A stretch of DNA of 64,000 nucleotides, from assembly GCA_950097015.1 (NCBI GenBank), contig CATNEN010000001.1:18352001-18416000 (forward strand). The letters run 5' to 3'. The notes beneath the pieces are model-generated. The model did no database searches, was not told the origin of the DNA, and worked only from the letters and a program-made list of their open reading frames with translations. The first letter of the stretch is position 1, and every line of letters begins with the position of its first letter. The position numbers and the translations under genes are program-made. Of the stretch, positions 63,701 to 64,000 are shown piece after piece. Source of the stretch: Macrostomum hystrix (lineage: Eukaryota > Animalia > Platyhelminthes).

Positions 63701-64000
63701 TTGACTACAAGCACTACAACCCCTTCGACTACAACCACCACAACAGCTTCGACTACAAGAACAACAACACCTTTGACTACAAGCACAACAACACCGTCAA
63801 CTACAACCACCACAACCCCATCAACAACTACAACAACGCCACCGACAACTACAACAACGACCTCTCCCACAACGACTACGACGACGACACCAACGACTAC
63901 AACCACGCCGTCGACCACTACCACAGCTTCAACAACAACACCGTCGACTACAAGCACTACAACCCCTTCGACTACAACCACCACAACAGCTTCGACTACA
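42715..64000 (+). CDS. Giant secreted SCO-spondin/hemolectin-like gel-forming mucin (3' end outside window); exons 42715-42830, 43173-43415, 43951-44127, 44255-44422, 46184-46386, 46465-46842, 47637-47922, 49160-49400, 50952-51459, 51993-52157, 52242-52485, 52781-53226, 53327-53474, 53565-54377, 54991-55419, 55999-56115, 56245-56367, 57035-57157, 57260-57350, 57458->64000
   Basis: Signal peptide [27 protein letters not shown], an EMI-like region (CCEGY), an EGF ([15 protein letters not shown]), a TB-like Cys module, three VWD domains ([45 protein letters not shown]) each followed by C8 and TIL modules, five LDLa modules (e.g. [13 protein letters not shown]), then Thr/Ser/Pro tracts. Splice phases are consistent throughout. 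Confidence 0.9.
42880..43152. repeat. 17-bp minisatellite (GGAACCTGTTAGACACT)n
   Basis: Fills most of mucin intron 1. Confidence 0.93.
43460..43926. repeat. 11-bp repeat (TTCCTTATCAG)n, ~42 copies
   Basis: Fills most of mucin intron 2. Confidence 0.97.
44430..44645. repeat. 19-bp minisatellite (GGGATTTTAAGTGGGATCA)n
   Basis: Tandem copies at the start of intron 4. Confidence 0.93.
44745..46140. repeat. 16-bp repeat (GATCTACGGATCTAAC)n, >80 copies
   Basis: Tandem copies in intron 4. Confidence 0.97.
46940..47235 (-). mobile_element. tRNA-derived SINE family B with CORE-like central domain
   Basis: The minus strand reads GGGGCCTAGTGGTTAGAAC...GGTTCGATTCCCG (A/B boxes), then TGTGTCCTTTAGCAGGACAC...TGCTTCGGTTCACCCAGCTGTTAAATGGGTGCCAGC, which resembles the CORE-SINE motif, then a short repeat tail. 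A degenerate copy is at ~55690-55830. Confidence 0.7.
47240..47505. repeat. 22-bp minisatellite (CTACTAACCCCCTACTAGTAGG)n
   Basis: Tandem copies. Confidence 0.92.
47945..49090. repeat. ~14-bp degenerate minisatellite (GAGATTGAGTAGAG)n with higher-order duplication
   Basis: Tandem variants fill most of intron 7. Confidence 0.92.
51611..51968 (+). mobile_element. SINE family A, near full length (mucin intron 9)
   Basis: Same head, body and (ATT)n tail as 30671-31036. Confidence 0.88.
52560..52700. repeat. ~18-bp minisatellite (ACAGACACACAGAACTG)n
   Basis: Tandem copies. Confidence 0.85.
55690..55830 (+). mobile_element. Degenerate SINE family B copy
   Basis: GTTAGAGAATCAGACTCTCTACTTGAAGATCGGGATTCGATTTC..ACTCCAC and TTGCTTCAGTTCATCCAGCTGTTA align to the reverse complement of the 47.1-47.2 kb element. 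Confidence 0.55.
56628..56980 (+). mobile_element. SINE family A, 5' slightly degraded (mucin intron 17)
   Basis: Same body and AT-rich tail as the other copies. Confidence 0.85.
57490..64000 (+). repeat. Coding macro-repeat: three copies of [discoidin-like A, short Thr linker, discoidin-like B, long Thr tract], periods 2313 and 2556 bp
   Basis: Identical small ORFs in the track recur at 57976/60289/62845 and 58080/60393/62949. Both periods are multiples of 3. Confidence 0.95.

Noticed and set aside
57445-63984. Val-rich - strand ORFs and Asn/Tyr/Asp/His-rich + strand ORFs
   Set aside because: These are antisense and off-frame readings of ACN-rich Thr codons. The real frame is the one continuing from the LDLa exon at 57458.
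42715-64000. Assigning a specific name (SSPO, hemolectin, or a known flatworm adhesive protein)
   Set aside because: The architecture overlaps several families, no TSP1 repeats are visible in the window, and the C-terminus is missing, so orthology cannot be fixed without phylogeny.

Overview
Eukaryotic, intron-rich animal DNA: GC-rich exons, AT-rich introns and many minisatellites. The style suggests a free-living flatworm such as Macrostomum, but that is inference only. From left to right: (1) two tandem intronless paralogs (- strand) encoding secreted proteins with a signal peptide, a Cys-containing PAN/apple-like region and a LamG/pentraxin-like C-terminal domain; (2) a 97-bp satellite array followed by a ~12.7 kb imperfect palindrome (arms ~6.7-13.2 kb and ~13.9-19.4 kb) that duplicates, inverted, the upstream region and first three candidate exons of an orphan two-transmembrane gene; (3) a complete 8-exon ZDHHC2/15/20-type palmitoyltransferase (+); (4) a complete 12-exon ERG/KCNH2-type potassium channel (-) with a candidate extra cassette exon; (5) head-to-head with it, a very large secreted SCO-spondin/hemolectin-like mucin (+). 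Its architecture is EMI-EGF-TB-like, 3x VWD-C8-TIL, 5x LDLa, then one exon over 6.5 kb carrying near-identical repeats of two divergent discoidin-like domains and Thr-rich tracts, running off the window end. Up to three tRNA-derived SINE families are present; the most abundant carries ribozyme-like sequence motifs. Most long ORFs in the supplied track are artefacts of tandem repeats or antisense frames. Exon coordinates were derived by hand from splice signals and reading-frame continuity.
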